DNA from: Callorhinchus milii
Lineage: Eukaryota
NCBI RefSeq assembly: GCF_018977255.1
Contig: NW_024704742.1
Location: 138,820,001-138,884,000, forward strand
Length of the DNA: 64,000 nucleotides
Reading direction: 5' to 3'
Under the pieces are notes generated by a model that was not told where the DNA came from, made no database searches, and saw only the letters and a program-made list of their open reading frames with translations. The stretch's first letter is position 1. Every line of letters begins with the position of its first letter. Shown in pieces: positions 37,858 to 51,900 of the stretch. The position numbers were made by a program, and so were the translations under genes.

Positions 37858-37960
37858 CTGTGTCAAATAAATATCAAAGCTCTGTGCAAACGGCCTCATG
37901 GAGGCCAAGTAACGGACAATCAAACAGGCGTCCTCATAGTCCACATTGGCAGAGTTCATT
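37858..37960 (-). CDS. NIPBL: NIPBL exon (~exon 27), 103 bp, MNSANVDYEDACLIVRYLASMRPFAQSFDIYLTQ
   Basis: ORF 37684..37959; cag|A acceptor, CAG|gtgagt donor. Confidence 0.95.
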
Positions 37961-38291
37961 CTGCGAGAAAGGAGAGTGAGTTAATACCAACCCAGAGCAT
38001 TCAGTGTCAACAACAACTTGCATTTATATAGCACCCTTCATGTGGGGTAGCGTCCTGGAGCGCTACCCAATGAGAAGAGGCAGCAGGTGAGGGGGTTAAG
38101 CAGGTCAGAGAGGTAGGGAGTGCGAGGGCATGAAGTTATTTGAAAACGAGTGAGAGTGTCTGCTGGTTGCAGCACAAACAAGTTACCCATCAAAAACCTC
38201 CCAGCAATACATGGTGATTCCCCTTGTGCAGCATGCACATTACCCCGGGCTGTGTGAGAGTTAGCAAACACCAAGTCATTGTGTAACATAC

Positions 38292-38512
38292 CTGAGTGTA
38301 CTAAACTGAGCAGGGGCCGCTTTGATCACAGAGCGCAGGAATTTCTTGCGTTTCTCTGCGCGCTGCATGATCTCTCCCGTGGACTCCACCTCCTTGGCGT
38401 GCTGCGTCCCGTCTGAGGAATCATCGTCCTTCTGGTTCTGAGATTTCATGGCTTTCTCTGTCTCCATGGTGGTGTCACGGTACCACTGTGCAATGTAAAA
38501 TTTCCTAGCAAA
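38292..38512 (-). CDS. NIPBL: NIPBL exon (~exon 26), 221 bp, FARKFYIAQWYRDTTMETEKAMKSQNQKDDDSSDG...KKFLRSVIKAAPAQFSTL(R)
   Basis: Within ORF 38276..38698; aag|TTT acceptor, AG|gtatg donor. Confidence 0.93.
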
Positions 38513-38682
38513 CTTCAAAATAAACACACACTTACTTTGTGGCACACTGGGAAGCACAGTAACCTTAGCACTCAAATACTTCATGCCCTGGCACCTCCCG
38601 ATCTCTCCAACCTGCTTACTCCGCAACACACTAACCACTGCCTTTTCTTGACTGGCTCCGGCCTCCTGTATGACCCTCATAA

Positions 38683-38894
38683 ATAGTAATCCTGGCATTT
38701 GATATAGAGCTTTTCACGTCTTCTCGACTTCTCAAAGCGCTTCACAGAATATACTGTAAAGTGAATTGACTGTATATTTGTGGGCGAAACACGGCAGCCA
38801 ATTGCGTACAGCAGTGAGTGTCCCACAAACAGTTGTGGAACCCAGGTCTCTCGCTTGCAAGACGAGTGCTCTAACCAGTGAGCTACAGGACTCC
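38683..38894 (-). mobile_element. tRNA-derived SINE, internally deleted
   Basis: Head and tail match 30592-30912. Confidence 0.8.
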
Positions 38895-39613
38895 ATGTAC
38901 CAACAGGGACTTTACCGGTCTCCCCAGCTCCATTATTAAAAAAAGCAGCTCATTCAGAATTCATGTCCTTTGTTCCACCACCGACAGTTGTGCTTTCAGC
39001 CACGAAACTCTGGAACACATTTCCTCTGTCCCTCTGCCATGACCCTTACTTCCCCATCTTCAGATCACAGCCGAGACATTCCTTTTCAACCGTGCCTATA
39101 GTCACCACCCCAAGGCTTGGGTTCATGCTCCCCCATTGTCAAGCGCTCTGGGACGCTAGCCTGCGTGAGGAATGCAAGTTGTTGTTGTTCTCAAGCTCCA
39201 CAAGTTGCTCTCAGGCCTCTGACACATGGACCAGATAGAATTACTGCAATCTAATTCTTAATAAGGAATCAGTCACACAAAAGCGACTCTGTCCAGCACC
39301 AGAACAACATAATATTCCTTGCATTTGATACAGTGCCTATCACATCATTGAGACAACTCAAAGCGTTTCATATATTCTGTAAAGCGAATTGACTGTATAC
39401 AATCAAAAGAATTACACAGCAAAGGAGGCCATTTGGCCCATCGCGTCTGTGTCGGCTCTTTGAAGAGCTTCTAAATCAACCCCACTCCCTCGCTCTCTCC
39501 CCACAGCCCTGATCAACGCCTTTATTTCTTTTAACAATTATTTTAAATTGGTGTCCTCAGGTTACCGACCCACCCCCCAGTGGGAATAGTTTCTCCTGTT
39601 CAACGTTTCGATT

Positions 39614-42325
39614 CCCCCGGAGGACACCACTGCACACTTCCCTCCAGTCAGAGAAACAACCGTTCCCCACACTCTCTGCTCTCTGTCTCCCAGTTCTGTA
39701 TCCGCTGCCACTGTCCCTTTAATACCGGGGCTTCGATTCTGTTTACAAGTCTCTTATGTGGCACTTTGTCATATGGACAATCCATATAAACTACATCACC
39801 TGCACTCCCTTCATCCGCCCTCTCCGTTACTGCATTAAAAAACTCTATCAGGTTTGTTCACCATGATTTGCCTTTAACAAATCCACATTGACTGTCCTTT
39901 ATTAACCCAAATTTTTCTAAGTGAAAATTTATTTTGTCCCGGATTATAGTCTCTAGAAGTTTCCCCATGACTGACGTTAGGCACTGGCCGGTAGTTCCCG
40001 GGTTTATCCTTCTGTCACTTTTTGTACGGAGGAGTAACATTTGCAACCCTCCAGTCCTCTGACCACCCCGGTGTCCAAGGAGGATTGAAAGATTGTGGCC
40101 AGAGCCTCCGTTATTTCCGCCCTGACTTCCCTCAGTAACCTAGGATGCCTCCCGTCCAGACCGGGTGACTTATCTCCTTGAGCACCGACAGCCTTTTTAG
40201 TCCCTCCTCTCGGTTTATTCTTATCTTATCCAATTTCTCTCCCATCTCCTCCGATACTGTGGCATTGGCCGCATTCCCTCCTTTTGTGAAGACAGATGCA
40301 AAGTCCTCATTCAGTTCGTCAGCCGTACCCTCTGCCTCTACAAGAAGGTTTCCTCTTTGGTCCCTAATTAGACCCACCCTTCCTTTGACTAACCTTTTAT
40401 TCTTTATATGCTTATACATTACCTTAGGGTTCCCTTTTATGTTACCCGCTCATCTTTTCTCATACAGTCTCTTTACTCCTCATTTCCTTTCTCAGTTCTC
40501 CTCTGTACTTTCTATATTCTATTTGATTATCTTCTATATTTTGAACCTGATCATCAATCTTTTTCTGTTTTATTTTATTCCCAATTTCCTTGTTCATCCA
40601 GGGAGGTTTGGATGCCCTCCTTTATAATAATAATAGCCGCTTTGTGGGAATGTATTTGTTCTGTCCCCGAAGTATCTCCTCCTTGAAGGCTTTCCATTGC
40701 TCGTTAGCTGTTTACCTGCCAATCTTTCTTTCCAGTCGACCTTGGCGAGCTCCCTGTTTAACTCACTGAAATTAGCCTCTTCCAGTTGAGTATTTCACCT
40801 TTGATTGCTCACCTTTCCATAAGTACTCTAAACCTAATGATGTTGTCTCACTGTTGTCCAGATGCTCTCCTACTGAAACCTGCTCCACTTGCCCCACTTC
40901 ATACCCCAGAACTAGATCCAGCACTGCTTCCTTCCTCGTTGGGCTGGAAACGTACTTATCCAGAATGTTCTCCTGTGCACATTTCAGGAATCCTCCCCCT
41001 CCTTGCCCTTTACACTGTTATGTTGCCAGTCTATGTTAGGATAATTGAAGTCCCCCATTAGCATTACTCTATTGGTTTGACATCTTTCTGAAATCTGCTG
41101 CAGATTTGCTCGTCTCTCTCCTTCCCATTAACTGGTGGTCTATAGTTTACACTTAACAGAGTAACAGCTCCTTTTCTGCTCCTTAACTCTAACCAAATAG
41201 ATTCTGTTTATGGACCCTCGAGCACATCGTCCTTTTCCAGGGCCGTAACCGTGTCTATAATCAATATTGCCACCCCCGTCCCCTCCTTTTTTCCTTTCCC
41301 TATCCCTCCCGAGTACATTGTAGCCAGGAATATTCAGCTCCCATTCCTGCCCGTGTTTGAGCCAAGTCTCCGTTATTGCCACTACACCATAACCCCATGT
41401 GGCAACTTGAGCCGCAGATCACCAATATTATTTGTCACACTCCGTGCATTTACACACATGCACTCCAAGACCCACTGAGCCTGCTCTGCATTTCTCCCCC
41501 GTCTAATCCCTCCCTTTTCGGGATTACTCCTGATTGCATTGCTATTCGTCTCTCCCAGCCCTCTGTATAACTTGGTTGTCCTCTCTGATGCTACATCCTG
41601 ATTCCCTTCCCATCTCGAAATTAGTTTCGCCCAAATATACGGTTAATTCACTTTGCAGCATATTCTGTGAAGCGCTTTGAGACGTCTAGAAGATGTGAAA
41701 AGCGCTGTATCAAATGCAAGAATTATTATTATATCATTATTATATTATTGTAGTTTAAACTCTTCCCTATAGCACCAGTTAACCTCCCTGCGAGGATATT
41801 GATCCCAGCCCTGTTCAGATATAACTCATCACCTGCCCCAGAACTGGTCCCAATGATCCAGGAACCTGAAGCCCTCCTTTCTGCACCATTTCTCCAGCCA
41901 TGTGTTTGATCTGCTGCACGAGGCACTGGGAGTAATCCAGAGTTCACCACCTTTGAGGTCCTTCTCTTTAGCTTATTCCCGAGCTTGATACTTTCAGCCT
42001 CCCATATGCCATGTAGTGACTCCAGCCTCTCGTCAAGCTCAAAAACCCTGAGCTCCAGCTCGAGCAGCCGGAGGCACTTCCTACACACGTGTCTGTCCAG
42101 AGCTCACAAAGCCTCCTGGAGTTCCCACGTGGCACACATTGTGCATGAAACTGGTCTCAGCTGCCCTGCCATATTCCCAGACATGTTAGTTTAATATAAA
42201 TATTATATAGTTTATAATTATGTATCTCTTTCCCCTCTGCACCGAACTCCTACTCTCACCAAATTCTTTAACAGAATTCTCACTCTGTTCCAACTCACTG
42301 AGTTCCCTACTGAAGCTGCTGGGCT
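39614..42325 (-). mobile_element. Defective CR1 (5' unit to RT) with internal SINE fragment at ~41627-41735
   Basis: ORF1/APE/RT remnants; inverted near-copy of 49000-52297. Confidence 0.88.
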
Positions 42326-42877
42326 CTCTGTTCAAGTTTGAAAATTTGTGGGGTGAAACAAGGCAGTGAATTGCGCACAGCAGTGTCCCACAAACAGTCA
42401 TGGATTGAGTGACCAAATTATTATTATTTTTTTGAAGGGATTATTACCCCCCTGGAAAAACAATCTGCCAATTGGTTAACAACCAGATTCCTACTTACTG
42501 CTAGGTAAACAGCGGCGTGTGGAGTTTAAAATAAACGCCATTTAGACACAAATGCTCATGTCCCCGAGTCTCTCTACTTTGTTGTAAAACCCCTAAAAGA
42601 CTCGATTTGAAAGAGTAGCTGTTGGTAGATGATAAGCTTGGCTGGAGTTAGGGCCGGGCACTTGATTGTTGGAGATGCCATCATACAGATGTCAAAGTGA
42701 GGTCTGTTGTGTGCTTGTTCAGGTGCCTTTCTTTCTCGTTCTCCCAACCTTCACATGGCTCTCTTTCTCCTCCCCACCTCATCATTTGATACAGGTTGGA
42801 TACAAACTCCAGCTTCAAACAACTCAATCTTCTAATTAGATTTCGGAAGTTTCAAAGGGAAAGGCTGGCTCACTTAC

Positions 42878-42967
42878 CATCAGTGAGGGATCTGTCTCCG
42901 TATTCTCATCCAAGTAATCCAGCAGTGCTTTCTGCAGCTGCTGCACCTCATCCTCTATCCCAGCGAC
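42878..42967 (-). CDS. NIPBL: NIPBL exon (~exon 25), 90 bp, VAGIEDEVQQLQKALLDYLDENTETDPSLM
   Basis: Manual translation; cag|GTC acceptor, ATG|gtaagt donor. Confidence 0.93.
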
Positions 42968-43910
42968 CTGTGACAAAACATGGAGAATCATGGGGGCTAT
43001 TCCAGATCCTAGCTAGTTTGTGGGTGAAAAAAGTCTCCTAATTTGCTTGTTTACTATCTTAAATTGTTGTTGTAAATTGATGCCGTCTCCATTGTAAATA
43101 ATAACCCTGTCCTCCCACCCTCTGTTTCCTTGAATTGAATCAACTGTCTATCCATGTTATTACTTCCCATTAATACCAGGCACCTGCCCATTGTTTGTAA
43201 ACACAACTCCTATGTGTCACCTTACAACAATCCAAATCTTCCCCATCGACAGCATTACCTTCAACTAGTTTCTCCTATTTTGGAAAAAAACTATATTTGT
43301 CAAGGCAAGACTTGCCTTTAACAAATCCATTGCCTTTAACTGTCTCTAATCAATCCATATTTTCCAAGTGGTTATTAATATGATCCCGTATTTATTATAG
43401 TGTCTAAACAGCGCCTTGGTACATCCTCCCGACGTGAAAGGCGCTATATAAATGTAATTTTGTTGTTATTGTTGTAAACCATTGCCCAATCTGGATGTTA
43501 GACTAACTGCTCTATAAATGGTTTTCAAACCCAGGCATTACATCAGCCCCCCACCCTTTGTCGCCTTATACAACTTTCAAATCCAAGGATGTTCGAAAAA
43601 TTGTCGCCAGAGCTTTCCTCTGACTTCCCTGAGCACTCTTGCAAGCTGACATCAATTTCTTTAGCACCACTTCCTTTCCTATAGCTTTTCCCTTCTAATT
43701 GCTGGACGTAGTGTCTCACTACCACTTTCTGTAAAATGGAGGCCAAATACACATCAAGTATTGGTGTCAGACCTTCATTCCCTACGACTAGATTTCCCTT
43801 GTCATTTCCAATCAGCCCTACCTTTACTTGAACTTTCTTACTGCTGTGATCACATTGCCCACATTCCTATTGCAGCCACATTGTTCCTTTAGCTCACAGT
43901 TTGTGCAGAC

Positions 43911-44054
43911 CTGCTTCAGGATCCTGTCGATCGACTCCCTGTCCATCTTACAGGACACTGCGTCTTTCCTCAGTCTCGCTGCTACTGTTCCCAAGTAATC
44001 CAGTGAAGCCACTCGGAGAGCCATCTCTGTGGACTTGTTACTAAATTGATGAAC
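43911..44054 (-). CDS. NIPBL: NIPBL exon (~exon 24), 144 bp, VHQFSNKSTEMALRVASLDYLGTVAARLRKDAVSCKMDRESIDRILKQ
   Basis: Within ORF 43824..44165; cag|GTT acceptor, CAG|gtctgc donor. Confidence 0.94.
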
Positions 44055-45637
44055 CTGTATTTCAAACAAGAAAGTGTTATACTCAGTCCAGGAATTCGCT
44101 CTGCCCTGCCTTGGTTTCCTGTCGTGTTTTGTCAGCCGGGTGTCCGACACACGTGGAAAGAACAAAAAAATGCATTTATATGACTCCTTTCATGTCGTGA
44201 GGACGTTCCAAGGAGCTAGACAGTCAAGGGTTTGCATCTGAGCGGGGGTTGGAAACAAGACAGGTGAAGGACAAGGCATTGGAGGTGAGAGCATGACAGA
44301 AAGCATGGTAGGGCGAGTGACATGGAGCAGGCCAATGCCCACCGAGCGGAGGGAGCAAGCAGGTTGGTAAGGTCACAGAAGTAGGAAGGAGTAACACCAA
44401 CAAATTACATTTGTAAAGCTCCTTTCATGTCGGAAGGACATCCCAAGGCGTTGGACAGTCAATTACCCTAGCCGAGGATATGCGCAGTGCCCTGGAGTAT
44501 TGTGGATCCCCATGGCTCAGGAACCAGGTATTCAAGACCCCCCACAGAGGACTGACTTGATTCCAGCTTTCTGTTGCTAAACATGTCACCTTGGGAGGAC
44601 TCCTCACAGAAGACCCCAAGTATTTGGCAGGCAAGGCATTTATGGATATAGTGAAGAGATAGGAAACAACATTAAAATGGTGGAGGAGGTTGGCAGGTGA
44701 ATCGTTCACTCCTGTTCCAATGTTCTTACATAGTCAACAACAACTTGCATTTACACAGCACCCCTCACGCAGGGTTGCGTCCCAAAGCACTTGACCGTGG
44801 TGGAGCATGACGCCGAGCCGGGGGGAGGGGGCCACAGGCACGGTCGAATAGGAAATCTTCAGGTGAGACCTGAAGATGGGAAAGATAGGGACAGAGGTAG
44901 GGTGCTCCCGAGCATAGTGGCTGAAATCGCGGCCACCAATGGTGGAACGGAGAGCACGAGAGACATGCAGGAGGCCTGAGCCACTCGAGCAGAGGCAGTG
45001 CGTAGGGGGATGGGAAGTTAACAGGTTAAGGTAAGATAGGAGTTATATGGCCACCGATGATAGGGCAGGTCGAGCAGGAGACATGGAGCAGGTCGGAGCC
45101 CGCTGAGCAGAGGGAGAGGACAGGTTGATAAGGGATCAGCAGGTCAGAGAGGTAGGAGGGGGCAAGGCTGTGGAGGGCCTCAAGTGATGATAAGGATTTT
45201 AAATTCTATCCTCTGAGGGATGGGGAGCCATTGAAGCCGGGCAAGGGTGATGGGGTCATGGAGAGGTGAGAGGACACAAGCTGCAGAGTTCTGGAAAACT
45301 CTAAGACAAGTTTATCACTAGTTTACACAACACAAAGTGCCAAATAATGTCCGATAGTAACATGCTTTCACACTGCCAGCAGAGCAGAGGAGCTGAGCCT
45401 CAGGGGATGCTTGGCTCATTACACTTCATTGCAATTACCTAACAAGTGGAACATTGCTGTGCGCAATTGGCTGCCGCGTTTCGCCCACAAATATACTGTC
45501 AATTCATTTTACAATCTATTCTGTGAAGCGTTTTGAGATGTCTATATCTATATGAAAAGCACTATATCAAACGCAAGTATTATTATTATTATAAGTGTTT
45601 AGAGATAGAAATTTACAGCAGAGCAATAATTATTTAA

Positions 45638-46001
45638 TATAATAATCCTGGCATTTGATATAGAGTCTTATCACGTCTTTGAGATGTCTCAAAGCACTTC
45701 ACACAATATACTGTAAAGTGAATTGACTGCATACTTGTGGGTGAAACGTGGCAGCCAATTGCACACAGCAGTGAGTGTCCCACAAACAGTCGTGGATTGA
45801 AGCGGCCAAACTACTAATTTATATATTTTTATTTTCAAGGGATTATTACCCCCGGAAAAGCGATCCGCCAATCGACTAACAACAGGGTTCCTACTTACTG
45901 CTGGTAAACAGAGGCGTGTGGAGTAAGGAAACTTGCGCAACTTGAAACTTGCCCAACGTTTCGCCCTGCCTTGCAAGTGCTCTAACCACTACACTACAGG
46001 T
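45638..46001 (-). mobile_element. tRNA-derived SINE
   Basis: Matches the SINE at 30592 and 55561. Confidence 0.8.
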
Positions 46002-46051
46002 CTCTAATCATTCCCCAGCTCAGGAAGGTTTAGAGTAAGCAGCGGCCTCAC

Positions 46052-46184
46052 CAATAACCTCCCCAGCAGGCTGAGCAGCAGCTCCGCGGCCGGCCACTCG
46101 GGCTTGTTGACTGTGGAGAGAAGATCCTGAACAAAGTTCTCAAAGAGCGGCCTGTAATCCTCCTCTCCTTGTTTACTGCCACAC
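46052..46184 (-). CDS. NIPBL: NIPBL exon (~exon 23), 133 bp, CGSKQGEEDYRPLFENFVQDLLSTVNKPEWPAAELLLSLLGRLL
   Basis: Within ORF 46004..46255; cag|G acceptor, TTG|gtgagg donor. Confidence 0.95.
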
Positions 46185-46969
46185 CTGCCGGAGACAATGG
46201 GAAACCTGTGACACATCGCCACTACCATCACCAACACATTACATTTACACAGCACCGTTCATGTCAGGAGGACGTTTCAAGGCACTGGACAGTCAGGATT
46301 TTGACCCGAGGAGTATCTTGAGATGTGCATTCAAGGAGGCGGTGAGGCGAAGGGACTGTGGGATGGAGTTCCAAAGGGTGGAGGCAGAGAGGCTGAAGGC
46401 CTGACCGCTGATGGTAGGCCGGGCGGGGGACATAGAGCAGGCCGGAGCCTGCTGAGCAGACAGGTTGATATGGGGTCAGCACATTCCAGAGGTAGAGGGG
46501 AACAAGGCCGTGGTGGGCTTTAAAGGCAACACAAGCGCCTTCATTCCAGAGTCAGCACAATGATTACATTATCCAGCAGTTCTCTAATTAGGAGAATGTC
46601 TTCAAGTGCTTCACACAGCCGACCGGCAGGCCCGAGCTAGCGTGCCATTAAGGGGGGAAGGTTAGAAGGGATTTGAAAGCTAGCAACAAGGGGTGAGGGA
46701 TGGAGGTCCAGAGAAGGGATAGCATGGCAGAACACTTGCCCACTGATGGGGTAGACGGGCAGGGGACCGAGGGACTAGTCAGGCAGTACGGCTGAGGGCA
46801 CAGAGGGAATGCTGTGGAAGGATTTAAATGTTAGAATGATGACCTTCAGTTAGTTCCACGGGGATAGGGGTCAGTGAATCCGTGACCTGTGCGTGCGTTT
46901 GTGTGTGTGACTGTCTGATGGCCTGTGTGTGTGTGGATGTGTATGTGAGTGTGTGAGATGGTCAGACTG

Positions 46970-48000
46970 TCTGTATGTGCCTTTGTCACCTCTCGGCTGC
47001 ACTACTCTAACGCCCTCCTCACCGGCCTCCCCTCCACTGCCATCCATACAGCCCACATCACCCAGAACTCTGCCGCCCGCATTCTCACCCGCACCAAACC
47101 CCACTCCCCGATCCCCCCAGTCCTGGCCCTCCCCCCCACCCCCAAACCCCACTCCCCGATCCCCCCAGTCCTGGCCCTCCCCCCACCCCCAAACCCACTC
47201 CCCGATCCCCCCAGTCCTGGCCCTCCCCCCACCCCCAAACCCCTCCCCGATCCCCCCAGTCCTGGCCCTCCCCCCACCCCCAAACCCCACTCCCCAACCC
47301 CCCAGTCCTAGCCCTCCCCCCCCCCCCCACTCCCCAATCCCCCCAGTCCTGGCCCTCCCCCCCCCCCACCCCCAAACCCCACTCCCCGATCCCCCCAGTC
47401 CTGGCCCTCCCTCCCACACCCAAACCCCACTCCCCAATCCCCCCAGTCCTGGCCCTCCCCCCCGCCCCCAAACCCCACTCCCCGATCCCCCCAGTCCTGG
47501 CCAGACTGCACTCGCTGCCTATCGCAGAGAGGATCCACTTCAAGATCCTCACCTCGTATTCAAGTCCTTCCACTCTTCTGCCCCCCCCAACCCCGACCTC
47601 TCTGACCTCCTCTCTCCTCACAACAGCACCCGTTGCCTTCGTTCCCCCGGGTCTGGCCTCCTCCTCGTCCCCCGAGCCCTCCGCTCCACCCTCGGCGGCC
47701 GTGCCTTCAGCCCCTGTGCCCCGAGGCTCTGGAACTGCCTTCCTCCCTCCCCTCCCCATCACCCCCTCTCTTCCTATTCTCAGGTCTCAGCTAAAGACCT
47801 TTCTTTTCGACCGCACCTTTGGTCACCTTCCTCCCCCACCCCTCCCCCTGGCTCCTCCCCCCCGGCTCCGCTCCCTCCCGCTGGCTCCTCCCCCTCCCCC
47901 TGGCTCCTCCCCCCCGGCTCCGCCCCGGGATCCATTATTGTGAAGCGCTCTGAGGCACCGTCCGGCGTGGGGGGCGCTATATACATCCAAGTTGTTGTTG
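46970..48000 (+). mobile_element. L2 3' fragment containing a ~44-bp C-rich minisatellite (47095-47500)
   Basis: AFVTSRLHYSNALL..QNSAARILTR..; ~9 copies of ccccactccccgatcccccagtcctggccctcccc; (TTG)n tail. Confidence 0.87.
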
Positions 48001-48235
48001 TTTGTGTGTGTGTGGGTGTGACGGTCAGGCTGCCTGTGTGTGTGTGTGTGTGTGTGTGAGGAAGAGCGTGTGAATGTGTGCGTGTCTGTCTGATGGCCTG
48101 TGTGTGTGTCAGTGTGTGACTGTCTGATGGCCTGTGTTTATGTGTGTATGACTGTGACGACCAGGCTGTGCATGTGTGCCTGAGTGTGTGAGGGTGTGTG
48201 TCGGTGTGCCAAGCTGCCTGTGCGTGTGAGTTGGT

Positions 48236-48837
48236 GTTCAGAACTCTGCAGCTCGTGTACTGTCCCGCACCAGGCTTCGGGACCACATCACTCCCACCTT
48301 CGCCCTCACTCCCACCCTCGCCCTCGCTCGCCTCCACTGGCTCCCCATCCCCCAGAGGATCGATTTCAAGATCCTCATCCTCACCTACAACGCCATTCCC
48401 GGCCTCGCTCCCTCCTCCCTCTCCGACCTACTATCCTCCTACTTACCTGCCCGTACCCTCCGTCCCTCCGGCTCCGGTCGGCCCCCCATCCCCCGCCCCA
48501 ACCGCCCGACCATCGGTGGCCTTCAGCCTCTCAGCCCCGAGGCTCTGGAACTCCATCCCCAGTGCCTTCGCCGCTTCCTCCCTTTCCTCCTTCAGGGCGG
48601 TCTCAAGACCTTTCTCTTTGACCTTCAGCCTTCAGCTCCGCTCTCGATTCTCTACCCCCTCCTCACCCCCTCCCTTCCCTCCCCTCACCCTGACCATTTC
48701 CCCCCTCCTCACCCCTCCCTCCCCTCACCCTGACCATTTCCCCCCAATGCTCAGGTCCTGACCCAACTGTACAGCGCCTTGGGACGTCCTCCCGATGTGA
48801 AAGGTGCTCAATAAATGGAATCTTGTTGTTGTTGTTG
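48236..48837 (+). mobile_element. L2 3' fragment flanked by GT-rich repeats
   Basis: Similar to 181-1027; (TTG)n tail. Confidence 0.87.
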
Positions 48838-48999
48838 ATAGTCAGGGTGCCTGTATGTGTGTGTATGTGTGTGTGTGTGAGACTGTGGCTGTGATGGCCG
48901 GTCTGTGTGTGTGGGTGTGATGGTCAGGCTGCCTGTGTCTGTGAGTGTGAGGGTGTGTGTGTCTATCTGATTGCCTATGTGTGCGTATGTGTGTGAGTG

Positions 49000-51900
49000 A
49001 GCAGAGAGCCGAGCAGTGTGAGGTGGAACAGAGTGAGAATTCTGTTAAGGAGTTTGGTGAGAGTAGGAGTTCGGTGCAGAGGGGAAAGAGATGCATAATT
49101 ATAAACTATATAATATTTATATTAAACTAATATAAAACATGTCTGGGAATATGGCAGGGCAGCTGAGACTGTTTTCATGCACAATGTGTGCCATGTGGGA
49201 GCTCCAGGAGGCTTTGTGAGCTCTGGACAGACACGTGTGTAGGAAGTGCCTCCGGCTGCTGGAGCTCAGGGTTTCCGAGCTCGAGGAGACGCTGGAGTCA
49301 CTACATGGCATACGGGAGGCTGGAGAGTTCCTGATCAAACGTTTCAGGAGGTGGTCACCACACAGCCACAGAGGGTTCAGAAGGAGAGTGAGTGGGTGAC
49401 CACCGGCCTGGTAGGAAGAGGGGACGGCAGTGCAGAAACCCCCTGAGAGTGTGGCACTCACAAACCAGTCTTCAGTACTGAATACCAGTCAGGGTGATGG
49501 CACCTCTGGGGAGCAGAGTCAAAAGCTAATTGATGCCCAGAGGAACACAGGGAAGAATATCATTGCAATTATCATTGGGGACACAATGGTGAAGGGAGTA
49601 GACAGGCGTTTCTGCAGCCAAAGCCGTGACTCTCACACGGACTGTGGCCTCCCTGGTGTCAGGGTTGAAGACATCACAGAACGGGGCCAAACATTCTACA
49701 GGGGAAAGGGAAACAGCCAGAAGTTGGGGTCCATGTTGGGATCCATGACGTAGGGAAAAACAGGCTGAGATCCTACAGGATCCAGAAGTTCGGGAATAAC
49801 CAAAGATTAGGACCTAAAAGATGGTGATCTCTGCGTTAATAATAATAATCCTTGGATTTGATATAACGCTTTTCACGTCAGGAGGACGTCCCAAAGCGTT
49901 TCACAGAACTCACTGTAAAGTGAATGACTGTATATTTGTGGGCGAACGCGGCAGCCAATTGCACACAGCAATGTCCCACAAACAGTCGTAGATTGAAAAT
50001 GACCAATTTATTATTGTTTTTGTTTTTTTGGAGGGATTATTATTAGGCTGTGTGTGGAGTAAGGAAACTTGCCCAAGGTTTGGCCCTGACCCCCCGGGGA
50101 TTGAACTCAGGTCTCTCACTTGCAAAGCGAGTGCTCTAACCACTGAGCTACAGGACTCCAGGATTACTCCCAGTGCCTCGTGCAGCAGATCAAACACATG
50201 AACACATGGCTGGAGAAATGGTGCAGAAAGGAGGGGTTCAGGTTCCTGGATCATTGGGACCAGTTCTGGGGCAGATGGGACCTGTACAAGGTGATGAGTT
50301 ACACCTGAACAGGTCTTCTAGACGTGAATATGCTGTAAAGTGAATTGATCGTATATTTGTGGTTGAAACCAATTTCGAGATGGGAAGGGAATCAGGATGT
50401 AGCATCAGAGAGGACAACCAAGTTATACAGAGGGCTGGGAGAGACGAATAGCAATGCAATCAGGAGTAATCCCGAAAAGGGAGGGATTAGACGGGGGAGA
50501 AATGCAGAGCAGGCTCAGTGGGTCTTGGAGTGCATGTGTGTAAATGCACGGAGTGTGACAAATAATATTGGTGATCTGCGGCTCAAGTTGCCACATGGGG
50601 TTATAATGTAGTGGCAATAACGGAGACTTGGCTCAAACAAGGGCAGGAATGGGAGCTGAATATTCCTGGCTACAATGTACTCGGGAGGGATCGGGGGTGG
50701 CAATATTGATTATAGACACGGTTACGGCCCTGGAAAAGGACGATGTGCTCGAGGGTCCATAAACAGAATCTATTTGGTTAGAGTTTAGGAGCAGAAAAGG
50801 AGCTGTTACTCTGTTAGGTGTAAACTATAGACCACCAGTTAATGGGAAGGAGAGAGACGAGCAAATCTGCAGCAGATTTCAGAAAGATGTCAAACCAATA
50901 GAGTAATGCTAATGGGGGACTTCAATTATCCTAACATAGACTGGCAACATAACAGTGTAAAGGGCAAGGAGGGGGAGGATTCCTGAAATGTGCACAGGAG
51001 AACATTCTGGATAAGTACGTTTCCAGCCCAACGAGGAAGGAAGCAGTGCTGGATCTAGTTCTGGGGTATGAAGTGGGGCAAGTGGAGCAGGTTTCAGTAG
51101 GAGAGCATCTGGACAACAGTGAGACAACATCATTAGGTTTAGAGTACTTATGGAAAGGTGAGCAATCAAAGGTGAAATACTCAACTGGAAGAGGCTAATT
51201 TCAGTGAGTTAAACAGAGACCTGGCCAAGGTGGACTGGAAAGAAAGATTAGCAGGTAAAACAGCTAACAAATACATTCCCACAAAGGGGAAAGGAGGGCA
51301 TCCAAACCTCCCTGGGTGAATAAGGAAATTGGGATTAAAATAAAACAGAAAAAGATTGATGATCAGGTTCAAAATATAGAAGATAATCAAATAGAATATA
51401 GAAAGTACAGAGGAGAACTGAGAAAGGAAATGAGGAGTAAAGAGACTGTATGAGAAAAGATGAGCGGGTAACATAAAAGGGAACCCTAAGGTAATGTATA
51501 AGCATATAAAGAATAAAAGGTTAGTCAAAGGAAGGGTGGGTCTAATTAGGGACCAAAGAGGAAACCTTCTTGTAGAGGCAGAGGGTACGGCTGACGAACT
51601 GAATGAGGACTTTGCATCTGTCTTCACAAAAGGAGAGAATGCAGCCAATGCCACAGTATCGGAGGAGATGGGAGAGAAATTGGATAAGATAAGAATAAAC
51701 CGAGAGGAGGGACTAAAAAGGCTGTCGGTGCTCAAGGAGATAAGTCACCTGGTCTGGACGGGAGGCATCCTAGGTTACTGAGGGAAGTCAGGGCGGAAAT
51801 AACGGAGGCTCTGGCCACAATCTTTCAATCCTCCTTGGACACCGGGGTGGTCAGAGGACTGGAGGGTTGCAAATGTTACTCCCCGTACAAAAAGTGACAG

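Noticed and set aside
46929..48059. 376-aa proline-rich ORF
   Set aside because: Off-frame reading of an L2 with an expanded C-rich repeat
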